This document shows positions 29,397 through 40,433 of a stretch of DNA of 64,000 nt, piece by piece (positions within the stretch are counted from its first letter, which is position 1; every line of letters begins with the position of its first letter). The stretch lies in NCBI GenBank assembly GCA_041390245.1, contig JAWKQI010000001.1:235558-299557 (forward strand). Direction: 5' to 3'. Under the pieces are notes generated by a model. That model was not told where the DNA came from, made no database searches, and saw only the letters and a program-made list of their open reading frames with translations. The translations under genes were made by a program, and so were the position numbers. Origin of the DNA: Eubacteriales bacterium (GTDB lineage: Bacteria > Bacillota > Clostridia > Christensenellales > JAWKQI01).

Positions 29397-29440
29397 GATA
29401 ATTCTCCTTTTATGTTGAATTATAGCCTAAGGGAATATGA

Positions 29441-31592
<2,152 letters not shown>

Positions 31593-31601
31593 TTAATATG
31601 T

Positions 31602-32633
31602 CTAAAACAGTTTTGTCTGCTCCGCTTGTTCTCCGGGAATCTCTATTCCCAAATGCCTGTATGCAAGCGGCGTAACCATTCTTCCTCTCGGTGTTCTATT
31701 TAAAAATCCTAATTGCAGCAAGTAAGGTTCGTATACGTCTTCTATAGTAACCGCTTCTTCTCCTGTCGATGCGGCTATGGTATCTAAACCAACCGGGCCT
31801 CCGGCGTACTTTTCTATTATAGAGAGAAGCAGCCTTCTGTCTACCCCGTCAAGCCCAAGCTCATCGACTTCTAAGAGCTTTAAGCCCTGGTCCGCGACCT
31901 TTTGCGTTATAATACCGTCTGCCTTTACCTGTGCAAAGTCTCTTACTCTTCTGATAAAACGGTTCGCTATACGCGGTGTTCCTCTGGACCTTCTCGCTAT
32001 CTCCTTTGCACCGTTTTCATCTATTTGTATATCTAGGATACTGGCAGAACGCTTTACTATCTTTTCCAAATCTTCTGTTTCATAAAGCTCCATCCTGTTT
32101 ATTATCCCAAACCTGTCCCTTAACGGAGAAGAAAGCAGCCCCGCCCTCGTTGTAGCACCTATCAGTGTGAACCTGGGAAGATCTATCCTTATAGACCTTG
32201 CAGACGGGCCTTTGCCGATGATTATGTCAAGTGCATAATCTTCCATCGCTGAATAAAGCACCTCTTCTACCGTATGGCTCATCCTATGTATCTCGTCTAT
32301 AAAAAGCACATCGCCTTCGCTTAAGTTAGTTAAGATAGCCGCCAAGTCTCCTGCATGTTCGATGGCCGGTCCGGACGTAATGTTTAACCTTGCTCCCAAC
32401 TGGTTTGCAACTATATAAGCAAGGGTGGTTTTTCCAAGGCCCGGAGGCCCAAACAATAAAATATGGTCTAAGGCCTCTTTTCTTTTAAGCGCTGCCTCTA
32501 TATATATCCTCATATTTTCTTTGACTTTATTTTGCCCGATAAATTCATCTAAATTATGCGGGCGCAAACTAAATTCAATTTTTTTCTCTTCGTCTGCCAT
32601 CTCATTGGCGGAAACAAATCTATTGTCTTCCAT
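31602..32633 (-). CDS. ruvB: Holliday junction branch migration helicase RuvB
   Basis: ..[12 protein letters not shown].., Walker [10 protein letters not shown], ..LFIDEIHR... Confidence 0.95.
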   Translation of the reverse strand: MEDNRFVSANEMADEEKKIEFSLRPHNLDEFIGQNKVKENMRIYIEAALKRKEALDHILLFGPPGLGKTTLAYIVANQLGARLNITSGPAIEHAGDLAAILTNLSEGDVLFIDEIHRMSHTVEEVLYSAMEDYALDIIIGKGPSARSIRIDLPRFTLIGATTRAGLLSSPLRDRFGIINRMELYETEDLEKIVKRSASILDIQIDENGAKEIARRSRGTPRIANRFIRRVRDFAQVKADGIITQKVADQGLKLLEVDELGLDGVDRRLLLSIIEKYAGGPVGLDTIAASTGEEAVTIEDVYEPYLLQLGFLNRTPRGRMVTPLAYRHLGIEIPGEQAEQTKLF

Positions 32634-32648
32634 TAAATACTCCTTATA

Positions 32649-33233
32649 TTACTCCATGCTTTTAAGTGCCGTGACAATAAGTTCTTCTAAGCTCAAAGAT
32701 TCTTTAGCTACTGAGTTTACTGCACGTAATGCCTGTGCTTTGCTATATCCAAGAGACATAAGTGCACTGACCGCTTCGCTGACAGCCCCGGTTTGAGCCT
32801 TATTGCCGTTAAGCAATAATCCTTCTGCCTCTTCGGATTTTTGTATGCGCTCTTTTAACTCCAGTATTATCCTCTGAGCAGTTTTTACCCCAACGCCTGA
32901 GACAGATGAAAAAGCCTTTACATTAGAAGTAATTATCGCCGTCGCAGTTTCGGACACAGTCATAGTAGAAAGTATCGCAAGGGCAACTTTAGGCCCTATT
33001 CCGGATATGGCGATAAGGCGTAAAAACATATTGCGCTCTTCCTGAGTCAAAAAGCCGTATAAGGTCTGCTCTTCTTCCCTCACATGAAGATATACAAAAA
33101 ATTTTGCAGTGTCTTCTTTTATACCGTTTATGGAAAATACGTTGGTATTTATCTTATAACCTACGCCGTTTACGTCTATTACTACGTAGTTTAAAGACTT
33201 TTCAGCAACTTTTCCATAGATATATTCATACAT
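32649..33233 (-). CDS. ruvA: Holliday junction DNA helicase RuvA
   Basis: MYEYIYGKV.., HhH motifs (..ISGIGPKVALAIL.., ..VSGVGVKTAQRIILEL..). Confidence 0.9.
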   Translation of the reverse strand: MYEYIYGKVAEKSLNYVVIDVNGVGYKINTNVFSINGIKEDTAKFFVYLHVREEEQTLYGFLTQEERNMFLRLIAISGIGPKVALAILSTMTVSETATAIITSNVKAFSSVSGVGVKTAQRIILELKERIQKSEEAEGLLLNGNKAQTGAVSEAVSALMSLGYSKAQALRAVNSVAKESLSLEELIVTALKSME

Positions 33234-33263
33234 AAATCTTATTTTCCTTGTATAAAAATTTTA

Positions 33264-33776
33264 TTAAACTATTTTAAATTCGGCTTTGAATTTAAAGCTA
33301 TGTGCATGGCATATCGAAACAGCGAGAGCATCTGCCGCATCATCTGGTTTAGGTATACAATTTAATGAAAGTATAGTCTTAACCATCATCTGTACCTGCT
33401 CTTTCTCCGCCCTTCCATATCCAACGACAGACTGCTTTATCTGAAGCGGAGTATACTCAAAAAGCTCTTTGTTTTTACGGTATGCAGCTGCTATCGCTAC
33501 TCCCCTTGCATGTCCAACGGTTAAGGCCGTTTTTACGTTCTTGTTAAAAAACAGCTCCTCTATTGCAATGGTATCCGGATTAAAGCATTCAATAAGCTGC
33601 GTTACGCCTTCAAAGATCATGTTTAGCCTTTCCGGCAGCTGCAGTGATGCGTCTGTATACACTGCTCCAAAGTCTACCATCTTAAGTTTTGAGGCGCATA
33701 AGTCTACCACGCCATACCCCATTGTGGCAAGCCCCGGGTCTATTCCCAAAATTCGGATTTTTTTACCTGCTTCCAT
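33264..33776 (-). CDS. ruvC: crossover junction endodeoxyribonuclease RuvC
   Basis: ..[17 protein letters not shown].., ..AIEELFF.., ..[12 protein letters not shown]... There is no Shine-Dalgarno upstream of the ATG at 33776 (see findings). Confidence 0.9.
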   Translation of the reverse strand: MEAGKKIRILGIDPGLATMGYGVVDLCASKLKMVDFGAVYTDASLQLPERLNMIFEGVTQLIECFNPDTIAIEELFFNKNVKTALTVGHARGVAIAAAYRKNKELFEYTPLQIKQSVVGYGRAEKEQVQMMVKTILSLNCIPKPDDAADALAVSICHAHSFKFKAEFKIV

Positions 33777-33782
33777 ATAATG

Positions 33783-33811
33783 AATATATATTTTTTATCA
33801 TGCATTGTCAA
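33783..33811 (-). promoter_or_regulatory. sigma-A promoter abutting the ruvC start codon
   Basis: TTGACA (33806-33811) - 17 nt - TATATT (33783-33788) on the minus strand. The -10 ends 6 nt before the A of the ruvC ATG (33776). Confidence 0.55.
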
Positions 33812-33839
33812 TTTTTTTAGCTTTTTTTGAAAAAAACTA

Positions 33840-33876
33840 TTGCATAATTATTCAAATATATGTATAATTATTTATA
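33840..33876 (+). promoter_or_regulatory. argGH promoter overlapped by two tandem ARG-box-like (ArgR/AhrC) operators
   Basis: TTGCAT (33840-33845) - 17 nt - TATAAT (33863-33868). TGCATAATTATTCA (33841-33854) and TGTATAATTATTTA (33861-33874) are AT-rich imperfect palindromes 20 bp apart that resemble the TGAATwwwwATTCA ARG box. Confidence 0.5.
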
Positions 33877-33918
33877 ATTAAGATATGTGCGTTTTATATG
33901 TTTTAGGAGGGATTTTAT

Positions 33919-35127
33919 ATGTCTATTAAAAAAGTTGTACTTGCTTATTCCGGAGGTCTTGATACTTCCATTATCATACCATGGCTAAAAGAAAACTACG
34001 GCTGTGAAGTTATCGCTATGGCGGCAGATGTAGGACAAGGTGAAGAACTCGAGCCGTTAAACGAAAAGGCGATAAAAACAGGCGCCTTGAAAATCTATAT
34101 AGAAGATTTAAAAAAGGAATTTGTAGAGGATTTTATCTTCCCAACGGTAAAGGCAGGCGCAGTTTACGAAGGGAAATACCTTTTAGGCACCTCTTTTGCA
34201 CGCCCTATAATAGCAAAACGCCTTGTTGAAATAGCAAAAGCAGAAGGTGCAGACGCTATCGCCCACGGTGCAACAGGCAAAGGGAACGACCAGGTCCGTT
34301 TTGAATTTACAATTAAGGCGCTAAGCCCTGAAATGAAAATAATAGCTCCATGGCGCGAATGGGACATACGCTCCCGCGACCAAGCTATAGATTATGCAAA
34401 AAAGCGTGGGATAGACGTACCTGTAACCAAAAAGCGCCCCTATAGTATGGACCGTAACTTATGGCATCTAAGCCACGAAGGTGGAGACTTGGAAGACCCA
34501 TGGAACGAACCAAAAGACGATTTATATTTGATATGCAACGCCCCTGAAGAGGCGCCCGATAAACCCGAATATGTAGAAGTCAACTTTGAAAAGGGCATAC
34601 CCGTCGGTTTAAACGGCAAAAAGATGGATCCTCTTGCTTTGATAGATGAATTGAATAAATTAGGCGCCAAACACGGCGTGGGCATTGTCGACATGGTAGA
34701 AAACCGCTTGGTAGGAATGAAATCCCGCGGGGTGTATGAAACTCCGGGCGGAACTATTTTAATGGAGGCGCACAGCGCTCTTGAAAGCATAACATTAGAC
34801 CGCGACACCTTCCATTATAAGCAGTTAGTTGCTATAAAATTTTCAGAGCTTGTGTATAACGGGCTTTGGTACTCGCCTCTGCGTGAGGCTCTCAGCGCTT
34901 TCGTTGATAAAACACAGGAAAATGTCACCGGTACAGTACGCATGAAATGCTATAAAGGGAGTACAAAACCGGCTGGCATTAAATCACCTTATTCGCTATA
35001 CAGCGAAGACTTTGCGACATTCGGTGAAGATGAGGTTTATAACCAAAAAGATGCAGAAGGCTTTATTAACCTTTATGGTCTGCCGCTCAAGGTCAACGCT
35101 TTAATGAAACAAAAGGCAGGGAAATAA
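33919..35127 (+). CDS. argG: argininosuccinate synthase
   Basis: ..[14 protein letters not shown].., ..[15 protein letters not shown]... GGAGG RBS upstream. Confidence 0.95.
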   Translation: MSIKKVVLAYSGGLDTSIIIPWLKENYGCEVIAMAADVGQGEELEPLNEKAIKTGALKIYIEDLKKEFVEDFIFPTVKAGAVYEGKYLLGTSFARPIIAKRLVEIAKAEGADAIAHGATGKGNDQVRFEFTIKALSPEMKIIAPWREWDIRSRDQAIDYAKKRGIDVPVTKKRPYSMDRNLWHLSHEGGDLEDPWNEPKDDLYLICNAPEEAPDKPEYVEVNFEKGIPVGLNGKKMDPLALIDELNKLGAKHGVGIVDMVENRLVGMKSRGVYETPGGTILMEAHSALESITLDRDTFHYKQLVAIKFSELVYNGLWYSPLREALSAFVDKTQENVTGTVRMKCYKGSTKPAGIKSPYSLYSEDFATFGEDEVYNQKDAEGFINLYGLPLKVNALMKQKAGK

Positions 35128-35129
35128 CT

Positions 35130-36509
35130 ATGTCAAAATTATGGGGCGGGCGCTTTAATAAGGCGACCGATAAAAAAGCTGAAAGTTTTCACTCCTCAAT
35201 ATCATTTGACTCAAGGCTATATAAAGAAGACATTTTGGGGAGTATCGCCCACGCGGCTATGCTTGGAAAATGCGGAATAATCCCTAAATATGATGCGGAG
35301 CTGATAGTCAAGACGCTAAAGGGCATTTTAGCTGATATTAAAGACAATAAAATTACATTCAGCGTCCAGGATGAAGACATACATATGAATATAGAAAAGA
35401 TACTGATAAGCCGCATAGGAGACGTGGGCAAGAAACTGCATACCGGGCGTAGCAGGAACGACCAGGTCGCTCTTGACATGCACATGTATATGAAAGGGCA
35501 GATTAAAGAAACCAAAAGTTTAATTAAAAATCTACTGACCACACTTGTCGACATTGCAGAAAATAATAAAGACACTGTAATGAGCGCATATACACACCTG
35601 CAAAAAGCTCAGCCTACTACGCTTGCGCATTATATGCTAGCCTACTTTGAGATGTTCAAGCGCGATTTTGAACGTTTAGAAGACTGTTTAAAACGTACGG
35701 ACTATATGCCGCTTGGTTCAGGCGCTCTTTGTGCAACCACGTATCCCCTTAACAGGGATATGGTAGCAAAAGAACTTGCTTTTTCAGACATAACCAAGAA
35801 CAGTATCGATGCAGTAAGCGACAGGGACTATTTGATAGAATTTTTATCCTGTGCATCTATAGTCATGATGCATTTATCACGCTTTTGCGAGGAGCTTATC
35901 ATTTGGTCTACGAACGAGTTTTCGTATATATCAATAGACGACGCTTATTCAACTGGGTCAAGTATCATGCCGCAGAAGAAAAACCCGGACATGGCAGAAC
36001 TCATCCGCGGAAAAACAGGCCGTGTTTACGGCTCGCTTGTCGGGCTCCTAACAGTTATGAAGGCTCTCCCTCTTGCCTATAATAAGGACATGCAGGAAGA
36101 CAAGGAAGGCGTATTCGATGCCTGCGACACCGTTTCATCCTGCTTGCTCGTTTTTAACGATATGCTTTTAACTACTAAGTTCTTAAAAGACAATATGAAA
36201 CGCGGTGCATCTCTTGGCTTTACGAATGCAACAGATGCAGCAGACTATTTTGTTAAAAAAGGTATCCCATTTAGGGACGCACATGAAATAATCGGCAAAA
36301 TGGTGCTTTTCTGCGAGAAAAATTCTAAAGCATTAAGCGACCTTACATTAGAAGAAATAAAGGGTTTTTGCCCGGATGCAAATGAAGATTTCTTTAATGC
36401 AATAGAGCTTAAAACTTGCATAAACTCCCGCAATGTGCCCGGAGGGCCATCACCAAAAAGCGTGTCGGAACACATAAAAACATGCCGAAATTTTCTATTA
36501 AGTATATAA
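35130..36509 (+). CDS. argH: argininosuccinate lyase
   Basis: MSKLWGGRF.., ..TGRSRNDQV.., ..GSSIMPQKKNPD... Confidence 0.95.
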   Translation: MSKLWGGRFNKATDKKAESFHSSISFDSRLYKEDILGSIAHAAMLGKCGIIPKYDAELIVKTLKGILADIKDNKITFSVQDEDIHMNIEKILISRIGDVGKKLHTGRSRNDQVALDMHMYMKGQIKETKSLIKNLLTTLVDIAENNKDTVMSAYTHLQKAQPTTLAHYMLAYFEMFKRDFERLEDCLKRTDYMPLGSGALCATTYPLNRDMVAKELAFSDITKNSIDAVSDRDYLIEFLSCASIVMMHLSRFCEELIIWSTNEFSYISIDDAYSTGSSIMPQKKNPDMAELIRGKTGRVYGSLVGLLTVMKALPLAYNKDMQEDKEGVFDACDTVSSCLLVFNDMLLTTKFLKDNMKRGASLGFTNATDAADYFVKKGIPFRDAHEIIGKMVLFCEKNSKALSDLTLEEIKGFCPDANEDFFNAIELKTCINSRNVPGGPSPKSVSEHIKTCRNFLLSI

Positions 36510-36523
36510 AAAATTAAAATATA

Positions 36524-36552
36524 TTGACAGATTATGGATAAAGATTTATAAT
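36524..36552 (+). promoter_or_regulatory. orphan perfect-consensus sigma-A promoter downstream of argH
   Basis: TTGACA (36524-36529) - exactly 17 nt - TATAAT (36547-36552) on the plus strand. There is no plus-strand gene downstream; the next gene (sigG) is convergent. Confidence 0.5.
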
Positions 36553-36558
36553 TCATTC

Positions 36559-36674
36559 ATCAATAATGAATTTTTTGAATTCCCGCCCCTTCCATCAACG
36601 CCAATCAGGGTTTTGAGAAGGGGTGCAAAAAAAAGAGCTGGTGCTTGTTAATTTAGTAGGTATCAGCTCTTTTC
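36559..36674 (+). ncRNA. candidate ~115-nt small RNA (hypothetical) between argH and sigG
   Basis: The predicted start is ~7 nt after the orphan -10. It contains a 9-bp GC-rich hairpin (36584-36592 / 36617-36625, 24-nt loop) and ends at the AGAGCTG/CAGCTCT terminator hairpin (36634-36670) followed by TTTTCTTTATT. I recognise no family. Confidence 0.25.
36627..36674. terminator. bidirectional terminator (sigG on minus; argH or the candidate sRNA on plus)
   Basis: A8 run (36627-36634), stem AGAGCTG (36634-36640) / CAGCTCT (36664-36670) extendable with G-U pairs, then TTTTCTTT. It starts 2 nt after the sigG stop. Confidence 0.75.
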
Positions 36675-36675
36675 T

Positions 36676-37455
36676 TTATTCCTGATAAGATTTCTTTATA
36701 TGCTTAAGTGCGTTTTTCTCAAGCCTGCTAACCTGAGCCTGGCTTATGCCTATTTCCTTTGCAACTTCCATTTGTGTCTGTCCGTTAAAAAAGCGCATCT
36801 TTATTATATCTTTTTCTCTGGAATTTAGTTTCTTTATGGCTTCCTTTATTGCTATTCCCGTAAGCCAGCTTTCGTCTGAGGCCCTTTCGTCTTTAATTTG
36901 GTCCATAACGAATATTGCATCTCCGCTGTCATGGTACACCGGCTCAAAAAGAGAGACCGGGTCTTGTATTGCATCCAGAGCGAATGAAACTTCCTCTCTT
37001 TTTACTTCCATCTTATCTGCTATCTCATCAATTGTCGGTTCCCTTAAATCCCTGTTTACCAGTTCGTTTCTTATCTGTAGTGCTTTGTACGCCGTGTCCT
37101 TTATAGAACGGCTTACTCTTAATGAATTGTTGTCTCTTAAATGCCTTCTGATTTCACCTATTATCATTGGTACGGCATACGTTGAAAATCGTACGTCTAA
37201 CTCCACTTTGAAATTATCTATCGCCTTTATAAGGCCGATACACCCCACCTGAAATAGATCATCTAAATTTTCGCCTTTATTATAAAACCTCTGTATCACG
37301 CTTAATACCAAACGCAAATTGCCTCTTATAAACTCTTCCCTTGCCGCCTTATCGCCCTGCTTTATCTTAACAAAAAGCTCCCGCATCTTCTCTTCTTTCA
37401 AGACTGGCAATTTACTTGTATCTACTCCACATATTTCAACTTTATTTATCAACAT
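36676..37455 (-). CDS. sigG: forespore sigma factor sigma-G
   Basis: 259 aa with MLINKVEICGVDTSKLPVLKEEKMRELF.., ..GNLRLVLSVIQRF.., and regions 2-4 intact. Its position downstream of sigE is typical. Confidence 0.9.
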   Translation of the reverse strand: MLINKVEICGVDTSKLPVLKEEKMRELFVKIKQGDKAAREEFIRGNLRLVLSVIQRFYNKGENLDDLFQVGCIGLIKAIDNFKVELDVRFSTYAVPMIIGEIRRHLRDNNSLRVSRSIKDTAYKALQIRNELVNRDLREPTIDEIADKMEVKREEVSFALDAIQDPVSLFEPVYHDSGDAIFVMDQIKDERASDESWLTGIAIKEAIKKLNSREKDIIKMRFFNGQTQMEVAKEIGISQAQVSRLEKNALKHIKKSYQE

Positions 37456-37537
37456 GATACTCCTCCGGCTGCTTTTAAAAATAGCTTTGCCATCGGAGTT
37501 TTTTTTATTCCACCTTAATTGCTGTTTTTATGTCAAT

Positions 37538-38263
37538 TTATGTAACTCGCCTGATATCTCTTTGCAATTTTTTAATTATGCGTTTTTCCAGCCTTGAAAT
37601 ATAGGATTGAGATATGCCTAAAATATCTGCTACTTGTTTTTGTGTTTTTTCCATTCCATCCTTTAAACCGAATCTAAGCACCATGATGGTCCTTTCCCTT
37701 TCCGAAAGCTGATCTATTGCCTTTTTTAAAAGGGTCTTTTCCACCCCTCCTTCTATCTGTGCATATACGGTGTCTACTTCCGTCCCGAGAATATCCGATA
37801 AAAGAAGCTCGTTCCCATCCCAGTCTACATTGAGGGGTTCGTCAAATGAAATCTCTAACTTCATCTTTACATTCCTCCTCAGATACATCAGTATCTCGTT
37901 TTCTATACACCGGGATGCATAAGTTGCCAGCTTTATGTTCTTCATTACATCGAAAGTCTTAACTGCCTTTATAAGGCCAATAGTCCCTATCGAAATCAAA
38001 TCTTCAACACCGACTCCGGTATTTTCAAATTTACGTGCAATATATACGACCAAGCGCAGGTTCTTTTCTATAAGGGTCTGGCGGACTTCATCGTTGCCTT
38101 CCCTTAGGCTGTCTAAAAGTTTTTCTTCTTCTTTTGCGGTCAAAGGCGGCGGAAGTACTTCTGCTCCATTTATATAGAGTATTTTTTTACATAGCGAATA
38201 AAGCCTAACTACCTTTAAACTAAACATAATGGCTGTTCTTTTAATAAAATCAATTTTTTTCAT
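37538..38263 (-). CDS. sigE: mother-cell sigma factor sigma-E (pro-sigma-E)
   Basis: N-terminal pro-sequence followed by ..[21 protein letters not shown].. and ..[35 protein letters not shown]... Confidence 0.9.
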   Translation of the reverse strand: MKKIDFIKRTAIMFSLKVVRLYSLCKKILYINGAEVLPPPLTAKEEEKLLDSLREGNDEVRQTLIEKNLRLVVYIARKFENTGVGVEDLISIGTIGLIKAVKTFDVMKNIKLATYASRCIENEILMYLRRNVKMKLEISFDEPLNVDWDGNELLLSDILGTEVDTVYAQIEGGVEKTLLKKAIDQLSERERTIMVLRFGLKDGMEKTQKQVADILGISQSYISRLEKRIIKKLQRDIRRVT

Positions 38264-38284
38264 ACGATTTAACCTCTCAAAACT

Positions 38285-39151
38285 CTATATGATTTCTGCA
38301 TTTATAATTGCCAACTCATCCTTCTTGCCCTTATTTGGCGTAAGAGCAAGTACCGCCTTAACCTCCTTTTTCTTGCCTTTTTCAATTAAATATATTTTTT
38401 TAGGGCAAATGCTAAGCAATATACCGCTTTGCCCGTTTATTACCGAATACGGGACCATGCGTATTTTTTCGCTTACGGCCAAAAGTGCATCTGAATAAAC
38501 TGTTTCGTCGTTTACCGCATCGTAAAGCTCTTTTGAAATATAGTCTTTTACTTTTTCTACGCTTAGTATGATGGCCGGCAAAGACGTTATAGGTTCTTTT
38601 GCCGTATTACCGGTATCTATAAAACCGCTCACATTAACGCATTTTTCACCTATAAAAATTTCCAGCGTCTTTGTCAGCGAAAAATTAAGTTTATCCCGTT
38701 TGCCGTTTCTTTTTACTATTGCCAGGACAATAGTTGCCGCTCCCAGAGCGTATAATGCTTTAAACACCCATCCCTGCCCTGTAATCACTCCACCTGAGAG
38801 CGAGTAGTCGTCTCCTGACAGTGTCAAAACGGTTAGCATGGCCCCGTTGAATACAAGAGTGACTGCATAAGTGTAAAATACCCCTTTTGCAAAAACCGCT
38901 AAATCGTTTTTCCTGTAAAAAGCAGTGAAACACATCAAAAGCGAAACAAAGATGCGAAAAACTATGCCTTTTAATACCCCACCTATCGTAAACACAAAAC
39001 ACGCAGCCAGCGCGGCAATGGCCGACGCCAATATTATCCTTGAAATCTTTTTGGGAACACGCAGCCAGCACGATGAAAAATAAAGTATTATAAAGTTAGC
39101 TACCATGTTATCCAAGAACAGCTTTTCAATGTATACTTTCATTTGTAACAC
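38285..39151 (-). CDS. spoIIGA: sigma-E processing peptidase SpoIIGA
   Basis: Five N-terminal TM helices and a C-terminal aspartic-protease region (..GFIDTGN..), directly upstream of sigE. The start is either 39151 (GTG) or 39142 (ATG, MKVYIEKLFLDN). Confidence 0.85.
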   Translation of the reverse strand: MLQMKVYIEKLFLDNMVANFIILYFSSCWLRVPKKISRIILASAIAALAACFVFTIGGVLKGIVFRIFVSLLMCFTAFYRKNDLAVFAKGVFYTYAVTLVFNGAMLTVLTLSGDDYSLSGGVITGQGWVFKALYALGAATIVLAIVKRNGKRDKLNFSLTKTLEIFIGEKCVNVSGFIDTGNTAKEPITSLPAIILSVEKVKDYISKELYDAVNDETVYSDALLAVSEKIRMVPYSVINGQSGILLSICPKKIYLIEKGKKKEVKAVLALTPNKGKKDELAIINAEII

Positions 39152-39235
39152 TCACATGGATTTTATAAGAAACTTATGAATTTATTATATTTATAGATGT
39201 ATGTAAAACTTGTTGAAGAAATGCACTTAAATGAA

Positions 39236-39268
39236 TAAAAAAAACGACAGGAAATGCATTCCTGTCGT
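39236..39268 (-). terminator. Rho-independent terminator after ftsZ
   Basis: ACGACAGGAA (39244-39253) / TTCCTGTCGT (39259-39268), followed on the minus strand by a T8 run. Confidence 0.8.
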
Positions 39269-39290
39269 TTTGTGTTTTACGTTGATATTA

Positions 39291-40421
39291 TTATTCTTTT
39301 GGTTTCCTTCTATCCTTTAAAAAGAAAGGTATATCTAAATCATCGTCTTCAGAAAGACGCATAACGTCTATTTTTGTCTTTTTTTCTTCATCTGTCTTCT
39401 TAATTCTATTCATAATATCGCTTGCATGTATCCCACCGAACTGTTCCCTCGCTACACGCTTTTTCTCGCCTCCAAAGCCAGTTGCTATAACGGTAATACG
39501 TACTTCGTCTTCAAGCGAATCATCTGTGTCCACGCCAAAGAAGATATTTGCATTAGGGTCTGCCGCTTCCTGGATCAATTGTGCAGCATCGCCTACTTCC
39601 ATTAAGCTTATCGAGGAATCCCCTGTTACGTTAAAGAGTATTCCGCATGCCCCTTCTATGTTTGTATCAAGTAGCGGGCTTTGTATTGCCTGCTTAGCAG
39701 CATCTAGAGTCTTGTTTTCACCATGTCCTACGCCTATTCCCATATGAGCAACACCATGTTCCGTCATAACCGTTCTGACATCGGCAAAGTCCAAATTGAC
39801 CATTGCAGGTTTAGCAATCAAGTCCGTTATGCCTTGTATGCCCTGCCTTAAAACATCGTCTGCAACTCTGAATGCCTCTATCATTGGAGTAGCTTTGCTT
39901 ACTATCTGCAGCAGTTTATCGTTTTGTATCGTTACAATAGAGTCTACCATTTCAAACATATTCTGGTATCCTTTTTGCGCCCTTATCATTCTCTGTTTGC
40001 CCTCAAACAGGAAGGGCATAGTTACAACGCCTACTGTAAGGTATATTTAATTCTTTGGCGATTCTGCAATTACCGGAGCCGCGCCTGTCCCGGTTCCGCC
40101 TCCAAGGCCGGCTGCAATGAAAATAAGATCTGCACCTTTCATTGAGCTTGCGAGTTCATCGTAGCTTTCCTCTGCAGCCCTTTTACCTATTTCCGGATCT
40201 GCTCCAGATCCAAGACCTTTCGTCAGCTTTTCGCCAACTTGTATCTTATTGTTAGCCTTTGATAAATAAAGTGCCTGCTTGTCCGTATTTACTGCAATAA
40301 AATCGGCGCCCTTAACACCATAATCAATCATACGGTTGACCGCATTATTTCCGGCGCCGCCTACACCTATTACTCTAATTTTTGCAAAATTGCTATTCTC
40401 AATATCAAATTCCAAAGGCAT
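39291..40421 (-). pseudogene. ftsZ: cell division GTPase FtsZ, interrupted by an in-frame TAA (40047-40049) inside a 7-codon out-of-frame patch
   Basis: Fragments 40047..40421 (..[17 protein letters not shown].., [14 protein letters not shown]) and 39291..40019 (..FLFEGKQRM..) are in the same frame. Between them the sequence reads SPKN*IY, whereas the +1 frame reads IAKELNI, the conserved FtsZ segment. Confidence 0.9.
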
Positions 40422-40433
40422 TTGCTTTCCCCC

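Noticed and set aside
36566-36616. 16-aa ORF (MNFLNSRPFHQRQSGF) inside the candidate sRNA region.
   Set aside because: It has no Shine-Dalgarno, and the start would be only ~7 nt from the predicted 5' end and inside a hairpin. There is no support for translation.
37456-37537. Forespore (sigma-F/sigma-G) promoter upstream of sigG (GGAATA..N..GGCAAAGCTA), and a Spo0A-box-like TTCAACA upstream of spoIIGA (~39205-39215).
   Set aside because: These are only partial matches to the Bacillus consensus sequences in very AT-rich DNA. I cannot support them beyond positional plausibility.
40047-40049. In-frame TAA in ftsZ as programmed read-through, stop-codon reassignment or a selenocysteine-like recoding signal.
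   Set aside because: The seven codons around the stop are out of register with the conserved IAKELNI peptide, which is readable in the +1 frame. Other genes in the window terminate normally at TAA. An indel pair explains it completely.
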